Shown: positions 8,353 through 16,308, counted from the first letter of the stretch. The stretch: DNA of 26,897 nt from Hormoscilla sp. (GCA_051439505.1 JBFRWI010000154.1:1-26897), one strand, 5' to 3'. The notes: a model not told the origin generated them from the sequence alone. Numbers and translations are program-made.

Positions 8353-10254
8353 TTAAGCGTCTCTTTCTGCTAGTTCCATCCAGCGATCGGTGGCAGAATC
8401 GATCGCCCCATTCAACTGGGACAACTGTTGATAGAGTTCTTGCACCTGAGTCACCTTTCCGGGAGGAGAATTATACAGAGTTTTTTCCACCTCAGCTTTC
8501 TCTGCTTCCAGTTTAGCAATTTTTTCTTCCAGTTGCTCGAACTCCTGCCGTTCCCAGTTAGAAAGTCGGCGGGGTTTGCTATTATTGGCAGGCTTTCTCT
8601 CCTTGACAGTCTTTTTCTCCGGTACCGCTGACTGCTGCTGTTCCTCCTCTTCAGCTTTCTTGAAGTCCAGATAAACAGAATAATTGCCCGGATACTGACG
8701 CAAGTTACCGCCGGGTTCAAAGGCAAAGATCTTGTCTACCACCCGATCGAGGAAATAGCGGTCGTGAGAAACCACGATCGCGCAGCCGTTAAAATCTTCC
8801 AGATATTCTTCCAGCACCGCCAGGGTTTGCACGTCGAGATCGTTAGTAGGTTCATCTAAGATTAGCAGATTGGGAGCAGAAAGGAGCACCCGCAACAGAA
8901 AGAGGCGACGTTTTTCCCCGCCGGAAAGCTTGTGGATGGGCAAATATTGCTGATTGCTGGGAAACAGGAAACGCTCTAGCATTTGAGAAGCGCTAATTTG
9001 CACGCCCTCGGCAGTCTTGACAAATTCTCCTTCTTCCTTGAGATATTCGATCACCCGCTGATTTTCATCGGAGATTAAACTCTCGGAATGCTGGTCGAAA
9101 TAGCCGATGTGAATGGTTTTGCCAATCTCCACAACTCCAGCATCAGGCTGCACCCGATCAGTGATCATATCCATTAAAGTGGACTTGCCAACCCCGTTAC
9201 CGCCGATGATGCCCACCCGGTCTTCCGGCTCGAAGGCATAGCTGAAGTTGTCGATTAAGGTGCGATCGCCATAGGCTTTGCTAACATCGATCAATTCAAT
9301 TACTTTCTTGCCGATGCGACGACCGGGGGTAGAAATCTCCACCTTCCCAAGGTCTTGCTTAAACTCAGTTTCTTGCATCTGTTCGATGCGCTGAATGCGG
9401 GCTTTCTGCTTGGTACTGCGGGCTTTCGGACCTTGCTTGAGCCATTCCAACTCCCGCCGCAGCACACCCCGATGCTTGCGTTGACTGCTGACTGAGGCTT
9501 CTTCTGCTTGGGCTTTCTTCTCCAAATAGTAACTATAGTTGCCAGCATAGGAGAAAAAGTCCCCCCGATCGATCTCAATAATCCGGTTAGTAACCCGATC
9601 GAGAAAGTAGCGATCGTGAGTAATCAGCAGCAGGGCCCCCCGATAGCGATGGAGATAACTCTGCAACCATTCTACAGAGAGAGCATCCAGATGGTTAGTC
9701 GGCTCATCCATCAGCAACAGATCGGGTTCGGATAGCAAAGCCGCAGCTAAAGCAATGCGCTTGCGGTAGCCCCCCGAAAGACTGGCGATCGGGGCATCAA
9801 AATCAGCAATCCCCAGTTTAGAGAGAATAATTTTCGCCTTCGTCTCCAGTTCCCAGGCCCCGAGGGCCTCCATCTGTTGGGTAACGGCAGACAGGCGGGC
9901 CAACAGTTGGCTATCGTCAGCACTGCGGGCGAGTTTGTGAGAAAGTTCCTCATACTCCCGCACCAGAGTCATCTGTTCGCCACTGTCAGCAAAAACTTGC
10001 TCCAGCACCGTCCGCTGCTCGTCCAAGTCCGGTTGCTGGGACAAATAGACCATCCGCACCCCCGAGTTAACCGACAGTTGGCCCCCATCAATGGGCTCCA
10101 AACCGGCAATCATCTTTAACAGGGTTGACTTACCCGAACCGTTGGTGCCAATTAAACCCACCTTATCCGTAGCATCCAGACTGAAGCTGGCATCTTTGAG
10201 AATTTCCTTAATCCCAAAGTCCTTTTTGACCGATCGCAGGGTAACGATGCTCAT
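8353..10254 (-). CDS. ABC-F family ATP-binding protein (Uup-like)
   Basis: Two ABC cassettes (GTNGSGKST/LSGGY/LLLMDEPTNHLD and GGNGVGKST/LSGGE/LILDEPTNDLD), linker PKARSTKQKARI, C-terminal coiled coil ending DRWMELAE; no transmembrane segments. Confidence 0.95.
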   Translation of the reverse strand: MSIVTLRSVKKDFGIKEILKDASFSLDATDKVGLIGTNGSGKSTLLKMIAGLEPIDGGQLSVNSGVRMVYLSQQPDLDEQRTVLEQVFADSGEQMTLVREYEELSHKLARSADDSQLLARLSAVTQQMEALGAWELETKAKIILSKLGIADFDAPIASLSGGYRKRIALAAALLSEPDLLLMDEPTNHLDALSVEWLQSYLHRYRGALLLITHDRYFLDRVTNRIIEIDRGDFFSYAGNYSYYLEKKAQAEEASVSSQRKHRGVLRRELEWLKQGPKARSTKQKARIQRIEQMQETEFKQDLGKVEISTPGRRIGKKVIELIDVSKAYGDRTLIDNFSYAFEPEDRVGIIGGNGVGKSTLMDMITDRVQPDAGVVEIGKTIHIGYFDQHSESLISDENQRVIEYLKEEGEFVKTAEGVQISASQMLERFLFPSNQQYLPIHKLSGGEKRRLFLLRVLLSAPNLLILDEPTNDLDVQTLAVLEEYLEDFNGCAIVVSHDRYFLDRVVDKIFAFEPGGNLRQYPGNYSVYLDFKKAEEEEQQQSAVPEKKTVKERKPANNSKPRRLSNWERQEFEQLEEKIAKLEAEKAEVEKTLYNSPPGKVTQVQELYQQLSQLNGAIDSATDRWMELAERDA

Positions 10255-10646
10255 AGCTATATCCCTCCAGCAGTTATTGGACCTCTGATTGCATTATCCC
10301 TAAAGGGTAGCAGAGGCTAGGACAGCCGGTTGAAGGTCGGCTATCCTCATAAGACTGGTGAAACTGCGATCGCTCGTAGGGTCGGGGGCCCGGAGCGTGT
10401 GGCGCAGCCATGGGATTTTGCTTCACCGGTTCTCTCCAGCTTTACTAAATTTAATCTTTTTCTCAGATTTCTCGCTTGCGGATGTGGCGATCCTTGAGCC
10501 TTGGGAGCCGCTTCCGGGTCAACTTGTTATCTACGTTACATTTAATAAATATCACCAAATCTTGACAAACTGTTAGACTATGTTGCAATTAATAAATAAA
10601 TGTAAAATTTCTAGTATAGGAAGAGCCTCATGGTTTAAACCTAATA

Positions 10647-10845
10647 AGGGAGCCTCAAGCAATAAATGCCTGAGGATTTCCTAGGCCAAATAAGTTCGCG
10701 CCCGTGAGGTGATAAGCTCATCTCACCAAGGTCATGACCTCTGGTAATTTACTTAAAGTGACCAGAGTCCAGGACGTTATTTGTCTTTGTCCGGAACAAT
10801 GGGTTTGATTCTGAATCTTGATATAGAGAAGGATACAGAGTCAAA
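10647..10845 (+). other. Candidate structured RNA leader or ncRNA (five consecutive stem-loops)
   Basis: Stems by eye at 10647-10682, 10704-10726, 10739-10767, 10768-10795 and 10804-10845, several with G-U pairs on the + strand; no known family recognised. Confidence 0.45.
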
Positions 10846-10862
10846 ATCACAACAATAAAGAG

Positions 10863-11231
10863 ATGGCAAAATCATCAAATTTTCAACTTATGTTTGGGAT
10901 CGAACAAGACAATCAAAGTAGTCTAGAAGAACCTGCCGAGTATATAAACCCAGCTAAGCAGCGGGTACGCTCTTTCGATTTACTGCGCCCCGTGCGTGCG
11001 TGGCTGGATGGGTGGCAAATTCACGATATATTCACGGCACGGTTAATCTCTAGACTGATTCCAGCGCAATGTCCATTTGAACGAGAAATAAAACTGTTTG
11101 GACGTACTTTAGTCCGCATTCCACCCCTTTGTAAACTCAACCCTCTTTACGATCAATTCGTGGGTTTGCGGTTTCGCGCCCTCTGCTTTCTAGTCGATGA
11201 ATGCGGTGAGGATATTCGTTCTTTCGTATAA
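10863..11231 (+). CDS. Mo-dependent nitrogenase C-terminal domain-containing protein (function unknown; not a nitrogenase subunit)
   Basis: DLLRPVRAWLD...IPAQCPFEREIKLFG...IPPLCKLNPLYDQFVGLRFRALCFLVDECGED, the characteristic cyanobacterial Mo-nitro_C sequence. Confidence 0.9.
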   Translation: MAKSSNFQLMFGIEQDNQSSLEEPAEYINPAKQRVRSFDLLRPVRAWLDGWQIHDIFTARLISRLIPAQCPFEREIKLFGRTLVRIPPLCKLNPLYDQFVGLRFRALCFLVDECGEDIRSFV

Positions 11232-11303
11232 TCACGCTATGGATCTTCACATGGTTCTGGAAGGCGAATCGTTTCCTTAGGTAACAGTCAATCAGCAGAA
11301 GAT

Positions 11304-11506
11304 GATGACAGGTGGTAGTACCGTCTGTCATCTGTTGTTATGGGAGGCGATCGCCTCCCATAACTTACTCGTTCCCAGGTTCTACCTGGGAACGCACAGT
11401 CGAGGCTCTGCCTCCCGGGTGGGTGGGAGCCGCTATACTGGTAATTATGTCATAGCTGCGAGCAACTGGAGGCAGAGCCTCAACCGGACGTGACCGGTCA
11501 CGAGGA
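11304..11506. repeat. Palindrome cluster and MITE/REPIN-like element between convergent genes
   Basis: GATGACAG...CTGTCATC hairpin (possible terminator); perfect 28-bp palindrome at 11337-11364 centred on HIP1; CGTTCCCAGGT-TCT-ACCTGGGAACG; GAGGCTCTGCCTCC...GGAGGCAGAGCCTC inverted pair; CGTGACCGGTCACGAGG. Confidence 0.8.
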
Positions 11507-11512
11507 ACATAA

Positions 11513-11818
11513 TCAACTTCCGTTCCTCATGCGGATAAGTTTTTCAACTTGGCTTTCAATATCCTCACCTACGGAGGCAATGTTACGTTCAATTCCTGCT
11601 TCCCGTAAAAGTTCCTTAAAACTTTCGACATCAACCCCAGCAATTTCTGCGCCTCGTGCCAGGGAAATCTTTTCCCGTTTGTACAGACCAAGTGCCAACC
11701 TACTGCGAAGTTCGGGTTTACTCCTGAGCAGCGATCGCATAGCATCTTGGAGTAAAGCTTCTTTATCTTTGTACAGCCCTTCTTCTATTAGAACATCCAA
11801 CTCCGATAAAACTGTCAT
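11513..11818 (-). CDS. UPF0175 family protein (antitoxin-like)
   Basis: LALGLYKREKISLARGAEIAGVDVESFKELLREAGI is the UPF0175 signature; the N-terminus GLYKDKEALLQDAMRSLL is RHH-like. Confidence 0.8.
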   Translation of the reverse strand: MTVLSELDVLIEEGLYKDKEALLQDAMRSLLRSKPELRSRLALGLYKREKISLARGAEIAGVDVESFKELLREAGIERNIASVGEDIESQVEKLIRMRNGS

Positions 11819-11872
11819 TTTTTTCTGCCCTCATTTTACTTGAAACAGTCACTTGACGATCTACAGGAAATC

Positions 11873-12394
11873 TTATTCGGGTCTACCTGCTTGCCAATCT
11901 TCCCCACCTGGAAACGCAGTTAAATGTTCATCGATGATTGCTGGTAAGGTCTTGGCGGAATGTTCATAAGTTAAATCCAACAGCCTCTTAGCAGCCATAA
12001 TTACCTGTTCTCGATCCACCAACTCTGATAGTTTAAATGGACTTAACCGCCCATTCAATACTTCTACGCTAGCAGGGCGAATTGCTGCCTCGATCGCCTC
12101 CTCCAGCATTTCCTCCCATTCATCTGACTTGATATAGTAGGAAGTTTTATTCTCCTTGAGATTCAAATCTTGAATTTGCAGGATTGAATCTGAAATTGAT
12201 GCGGCCCAGGAATTAGTCAATCTTTGCTCGACTTGGTTTTTAATCAGGTGAACCACCATTCTGATTAAAAATGATTTAATATTGCGGATCGTTCCCTTTT
12301 TACTCATCCACTCTAACTCGTCCACCAAGGTCAAGGCATCTGTATAACGCCCCTCCATAATACTAGCTCTTAAATCGATTAGCTCTTGAGTCAT
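11873..12394 (-). CDS. DUF29 family protein (paralog of 6215-6733)
   Basis: Start set at MTQELIDLR by ungapped alignment to the first copy (about 111/172 identical by hand count). Confidence 0.8.
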   Translation of the reverse strand: MTQELIDLRASIMEGRYTDALTLVDELEWMSKKGTIRNIKSFLIRMVVHLIKNQVEQRLTNSWAASISDSILQIQDLNLKENKTSYYIKSDEWEEMLEEAIEAAIRPASVEVLNGRLSPFKLSELVDREQVIMAAKRLLDLTYEHSAKTLPAIIDEHLTAFPGGEDWQAGRPE

Positions 12395-12429
12395 GCTCTT
12401 TTCTTCACAGTCTCCTCCCTGCTTTACCC

Positions 12430-12458
12430 AATATAGCAAATAACTGACTGACTGTCAA
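12430..12458 (-). promoter_or_regulatory. Sigma70-type promoter for the DUF29-UPF0175 pair
   Basis: Minus strand TTGACA-N17-TATATT, with the -10 box 35 nt upstream of the DUF29 ATG. Confidence 0.6.
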
Positions 12459-12528
12459 GGGGCGATCGCTTTAATTTATCTTTGGTAATTAATTATATCA
12501 TAAAAATTGCTCATCTACCTTTAATAAT

Positions 12529-12789
12529 ATGATAAGTACCACGTCATCCCCCGCACCAAACCCCGAACCAGCAACTGAGTGGGAGTTTGCGGAAATCTGG
12601 GCAGATCCGATCGTCTCTCCGCCCGATATTCTGATGTTAGTCAAATCCAGCACGGGTAAGTTTTGCATCCATAATCCCGCGCAAAACTATAAAACTGTCT
12701 TTTCCAGTTCTGACTATGAATCAGCTCAAATGTGGCTACTTGAAGATGAATATGAACGGGTTACAGGTCAGATATTACCACCAGAATAA
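12529..12789 (+). CDS. Small hypothetical protein
   Basis: 86-aa ORF with ATG start and globular-looking sequence (WEFAEIWADP...YESAQMWLLEDEYERV) filling an otherwise empty gap. Confidence 0.7.
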   Translation: MISTTSSPAPNPEPATEWEFAEIWADPIVSPPDILMLVKSSTGKFCIHNPAQNYKTVFSSSDYESAQMWLLEDEYERVTGQILPPE

Positions 12790-12864
12790 GGAATCTACAT
12801 CTTGATTCTCGGATCCTGTTAGCTAAATTATTCGCAAATTGCTGTCAAGGGGCGATCGCGATCC

Positions 12865-12888
12865 GTAGGACAGGCGTCTCGCCTGTCC
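12865..12888 (+). repeat. GTAG-tagged REP-like palindrome
   Basis: GTA-GGACAGGCG-TCT-CGCCTGTCC, a perfect 9-bp stem. Confidence 0.75.
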
Positions 12889-12960
12889 CTTTAGCACTTG
12901 CTTTCCTGGGGTTGATAATGTGCTAAAATTGTATAAATACAAAATTTACGACTACATCCC

Positions 12961-13971
12961 ATGACCAGCAAACCCCTGAAAATTATCGTAGATACGGACC
13001 CCGGTGGAGACGATACCTTCGCCTTATTGTGGTTGATGAGTTTGGCGAAAAAAGGTCTCGCCGAGATCGTCGCCATTACCACCGCAGACGGCAATGTCCG
13101 CCCTAATTATACCTTTGCCTCTGCTGGTAAAATCCTCAGCTTAGGTGGTTTCGATCGGGTGTTGTTAGGTCGCGGCATCCGCCACGAAAGCGAAATAGGA
13201 GATGCTGCCCACATTCACGGAGTTGATGGCATGGGCAACCTCTCCCCTACTTTACCAGCATCGCCCCATAAATTTGCAGAAGCTCCCTACTCTGACGAGA
13301 TTATTATCGACAAACTCAGTGCGGAACCGGGAGAAATTACCCTAGTGACGATCGCCCCTTTAACCAACTTAGCAGCAGCGGAAACGAAGCAACCGGGCAT
13401 TCTCAAGCAGGCCAAGCAAATTGTGACAATGGCGGGGGCATTTAATTGTCGGGGAAATGTCACCCCGGTTGCCGAATTTAACATCGCCTACAACCCCGAA
13501 GCAGCAGCAACTTTCTTTGCTGCCCGGGAGGAGATCGCAGTCATACCCCTAGACCTAACTCACAAGCTGATTTTTACCGATGGAATGGCATCCGATATTG
13601 CCCGAGTTAACCCAGAACATGACATTGCCAAATTCATTCACGCCCTGGCCGAGTTTATGATTAAAACCAACCTCGGTTATCGCGAGACCAATGGCATCAA
13701 GGGCTTTTTAGTTCATGATGCCGCAACGATCGCCTATTTGTTTTACCCCGAAACCCTGTTGCTACGTCGCGCCCAAGTCAGGATCGAGACCAAAGGCGAA
13801 TGGACAAGGGGGAAAACAATAATGGACGATCGGCACATCCCCAAGACAGATCCTAATGCCTTCGTAGCCTTGCAAGTAGACGCAGCAAACCTGTTATCTA
13901 TTTTAGTAGAAGACTTGAAATCCTTAATCCCTGCGGAGGGTGGGCATTGCCAAAAAGCGCCCCATAAATGA
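12961..13971 (+). CDS. Nucleoside hydrolase (IU-NH family)
   Basis: N-terminal DTDPGGDD, HIHGVDGMG, PLTNLA, GNVTPVAEFNIAYNPEAA and HDA motifs. The last 12 aa probably result from read-through (see findings). Confidence 0.93.
   Translation: MTSKPLKIIVDTDPGGDDTFALLWLMSLAKKGLAEIVAITTADGNVRPNYTFASAGKILSLGGFDRVLLGRGIRHESEIGDAAHIHGVDGMGNLSPTLPASPHKFAEAPYSDEIIIDKLSAEPGEITLVTIAPLTNLAAAETKQPGILKQAKQIVTMAGAFNCRGNVTPVAEFNIAYNPEAAATFFAAREEIAVIPLDLTHKLIFTDGMASDIARVNPEHDIAKFIHALAEFMIKTNLGYRETNGIKGFLVHDAATIAYLFYPETLLLRRAQVRIETKGEWTRGKTIMDDRHIPKTDPNAFVALQVDAANLLSILVEDLKSLIPAEGGHCQKAPHK
13893..13951 (+). repeat. 59-bp direct repeat, left copy
   Basis: GTTATCTATTTTAGTAGAAGACTTGAAATCCTTAATCCCTGCGGAGGGTGGGCATTGCC, 57/59 identical to 16309-16367. 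Confidence 0.95.
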
Positions 13972-15271
13972 TACCGCTCAAAGTTGCCATCACCACCACT
14001 AGACAGACAAAGACAATAGTTTTCTTCGTACCGATAATGCTGCGGATCGCGAGCATATTTGGCAAAGATAAAGCAGGTCCTGCAAGTAACAAAGCCAAAG
14101 CAGGCCCTTGTCCCATGCCATTGCCAATCAATCCTTGCAAAATTGGCACCTCCGTCAAGGTAGCAAAATACATAAATGCACCCGCAAGGGCGGCAAAAAA
14201 GTTAGAAAATAGAGAATTACCTCCCACGGCCCCAGCTACCCACTGGGAGGGAATTAAGGCTTCATGGTCGGGGCGACCTAATAAGGCACCGGCAATGAGT
14301 ACCCCAAACAGCAGTAAGGGCAAGATTTGTTTGGCATAATCCCAAGAAGATTCAAACCATTCTCCTGCCTCATCCTTATTAGTGCTAGCGAGCCAAGATA
14401 GACCCAGGGTTGCAAAAGAAAAAGGAATGAGAGGTTGGCTGCCAAACTGCCAGGAAAGTGCGGCGGTAACTACAACAATCAGGATAACCTTGCCTGCATT
14501 AAGGTGGAGCCAGGCTATACCAATGACAGCTAAAGCCAGGCCAAACAGTCCCGTTATCCACCATTTCACGGCATAAATGCCATACCAGAAGCCAGTAGCT
14601 GCCTCCGGTTGTGCCCAGTTAGCAAAAACCAGAATCCCCACCAGAACTGCAAAAAATAGGGCATTTTGCCAGAGAGGGCGGCTTTCTGACTCCTGGGGAA
14701 GCATGGTTTGTGCCTTTATCTTCTCCAGGTCCTCCTCGCGGAAGATAAACTCCATCGCCAACCCGATGATAATGCTGAAGATAATCGCTCCCAGGGCGCG
14801 GGCGATGCCCAGGGGCATTCCTAAAATGCGGGCAGTGACAATAATGGCGAGAACGTTTATCGCCGGACCCGAATAAAGAAAAGCGATCGCTGGACCGAGG
14901 CCCGCCCCCATCCGGTAAATGCTAGCAAATAAGGGCAATACGGTACAGGAACAAACAGCTAACAGGGTACCCGATACCGAGGCAACGCCGTAAGCGAGTA
15001 AGGGATTTGCTTTGGCTCCGAGATATTTAATTACCGAGTTTTTACTGACAAAAACTGCGATCGCCCCCGCAATAAAAAAGGCCGGTATCAGGCACAACAG
15101 GACGTGTTCTCGGGCGTACCAGCGAACTAAATATAGGGCTTCCCAAAAGGCATTTCGCAGCCTTTCCGACTGTTGCAGGGCTTCTATTGGAAGATCAAAG
15201 CAGAGGACAAAAGCGGTAACAATGAGAGCTAGAGGCTTCCACTGCTCCCGCCAAAAAGATGAAACTTGCAT
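13898..15271 (-). CDS. Permease, ArsP/DUF318-like family
   Basis: Highly hydrophobic 457 aa with motifs AREHVLLCLIPAFFIAGAI, AVCSCTVLPLF, GPAINVLAI, YFATLTEVPI and GPALSLP. Confidence 0.88.
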   Translation of the reverse strand: MQVSSFWREQWKPLALIVTAFVLCFDLPIEALQQSERLRNAFWEALYLVRWYAREHVLLCLIPAFFIAGAIAVFVSKNSVIKYLGAKANPLLAYGVASVSGTLLAVCSCTVLPLFASIYRMGAGLGPAIAFLYSGPAINVLAIIVTARILGMPLGIARALGAIIFSIIIGLAMEFIFREEDLEKIKAQTMLPQESESRPLWQNALFFAVLVGILVFANWAQPEAATGFWYGIYAVKWWITGLFGLALAVIGIAWLHLNAGKVILIVVVTAALSWQFGSQPLIPFSFATLGLSWLASTNKDEAGEWFESSWDYAKQILPLLLFGVLIAGALLGRPDHEALIPSQWVAGAVGGNSLFSNFFAALAGAFMYFATLTEVPILQGLIGNGMGQGPALALLLAGPALSLPNMLAIRSIIGTKKTIVFVCLVVVMATLSGIIYGALFGNAHPPQGLRISSLLLK

Positions 15272-15289
15272 GATTTCTTTCCTTCCTAA

Positions 15290-15532
15290 TTAAGCAGTTA
15301 AATAGGATTGAATTTTTTCGGAGGTGGCTACTTTGCCTTGACTTACGAGTTTGTCATTGACGACGAGGGCGGGAGTTGTCATTACGCCCTTTTCGGCAAT
15401 TTTCATGGGGTCGGTAATATGTAGCACTTCCGCATCCAGTTTCAGAGCAGCGATCGCCTCTTTAGCGTTCGCTTCGAGTTGCCGGCATTTTTTACAGCCC
15501 GTTCCTAAAACTTCTACTTTAATGGTACTCAT
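15290..15532 (-). CDS. Small thioredoxin-like redox-active disulfide protein (MTH895-like)
   Basis: 80 aa from the ATG at 15532 (AGGAG upstream): IKVEVLGTGCKKC...GVMTTPALVVND. The longer ORF-track start would run through the promoter. Confidence 0.9.
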   Translation of the reverse strand: MSTIKVEVLGTGCKKCRQLEANAKEAIAALKLDAEVLHITDPMKIAEKGVMTTPALVVNDKLVSQGKVATSEKIQSYLTA

Positions 15533-15563
15533 GGCTGAACTCCTTTTCTGTTTAACCATTTCC

Positions 15564-15595
15564 AGCTTAATCCCTATACCCAGGTATAATGTCAA
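15564..15595 (-). promoter_or_regulatory. MerR-type promoter/operator for the thioredoxin-permease operon
   Basis: Minus strand TTGACA-N20-TAAGCT with the dyad TATACC-TG-GGTATA inside the over-long spacer, the hallmark of MerR-family targets. Confidence 0.8.
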
Positions 15596-15773
15596 GGGGT
15601 TTTGAGTAAATTTTTTTTGAGGAGCTAAAATAATGTTTAAGTCGCAGCTGTATTTTGTTTTGGCAGGACTTTGCGTTGCTGAGGAGGCGGCTATTTGGTC
15701 TAGCTGTGGCTTAAAGAAGGGCCTAAGCTGTCGCGCATTTAAATTGCATGGATCCAAATGCTGAAGCCCTTGC

Positions 15774-15861
15774 TATCAATTATCAATTATCAATTATCAA
15801 TTATCAATTATCAATTATCAATTATCAATTATCAATTATCAATTATCAATTATCAATTATC
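15774..15861. repeat. Short tandem heptamer repeat (STRR-like), (TATCAAT)x12 plus TATC
   Basis: Twelve perfect units counted; the tract supplies the last codons and TGA stop of the MerR gene. Confidence 0.97.
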
Positions 15862-16241
15862 TCCAGTACAACGCATTCCTTATTGGAATCGAGATTGGCC
15901 CGACACAAAGCGATTAAAGGTACCAGTTCGTCCCGCAGCACTTCCATCTGTCGAATTTTTTCCTCAATTTCTCGAACTTTCTTGCTGAGTAGGTCATGGA
16001 CTGCTTGACAGGTGAGCGATCGCCCATCTTTCAAGGCTATAATTTCTTTAATCTCATCCAAAGTTAGGCCCAAGGACTTGGCCCGGACAATAAAGTCAAG
16101 GCGTTCCACATCCTCCTCGCTGAAGAGCCGATAACCGGCAGCGGTCCGTTGGGGAGATGGGATTAATCCAATGCGTTCGTAAAAGTAAAGGGTTTGTGGA
16201 TTGAGTCCCAAACGACGAGAGACTTCGCCCATTTGAAACAT
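15846..16241 (-). CDS. Heavy-metal-responsive MerR family transcriptional regulator
   Basis: ATG 16241 with GGAGGT upstream; HTH MGEVSRRLGLNPQTLYFYERIGLI...GYRLF...AKSLGLTLDEIKEI; Cys in LTCQAV and C-terminal C-X9-C. Confidence 0.92.
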   Translation of the reverse strand: MFQMGEVSRRLGLNPQTLYFYERIGLIPSPQRTAAGYRLFSEEDVERLDFIVRAKSLGLTLDEIKEIIALKDGRSLTCQAVHDLLSKKVREIEEKIRQMEVLRDELVPLIALCRANLDSNKECVVLEIIDN

Positions 16242-16308
16242 GGCCGTACCTCCATTACCAAAAAACCGGGTTTCAAGCCCTTTCAGGCTGACTTTTAAAA
16301 AATCTCTA

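Noticed and set aside
10255..10520. Possible TPP riboswitch upstream of ABC-F/tenA
   Set aside because: CTGAGA is present on the minus strand but the ATACCC/ACCTGA core is absent; only one isolated hairpin (about 10319-10347) is evident.
10526..10539. NtcA-like site GTTATCTACGTTAC
   Set aside because: Deviates from GTA-N8-TAC, and no properly spaced -10 box could be established.
10863..11231. Nitrogen-fixation locus
   Set aside because: The domain name is historical; no nif genes are present in the window.
15533..15757. 75-aa N-terminal extension of the thioredoxin
   Set aside because: It overlaps the MerR-type promoter; the RBS supports ATG 15532.
15748..16008. ORFs with INYQLS repeats (15748-16008, 15758-15988)
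   Set aside because: They are translations of the TATCAAT tract, antisense to merR.
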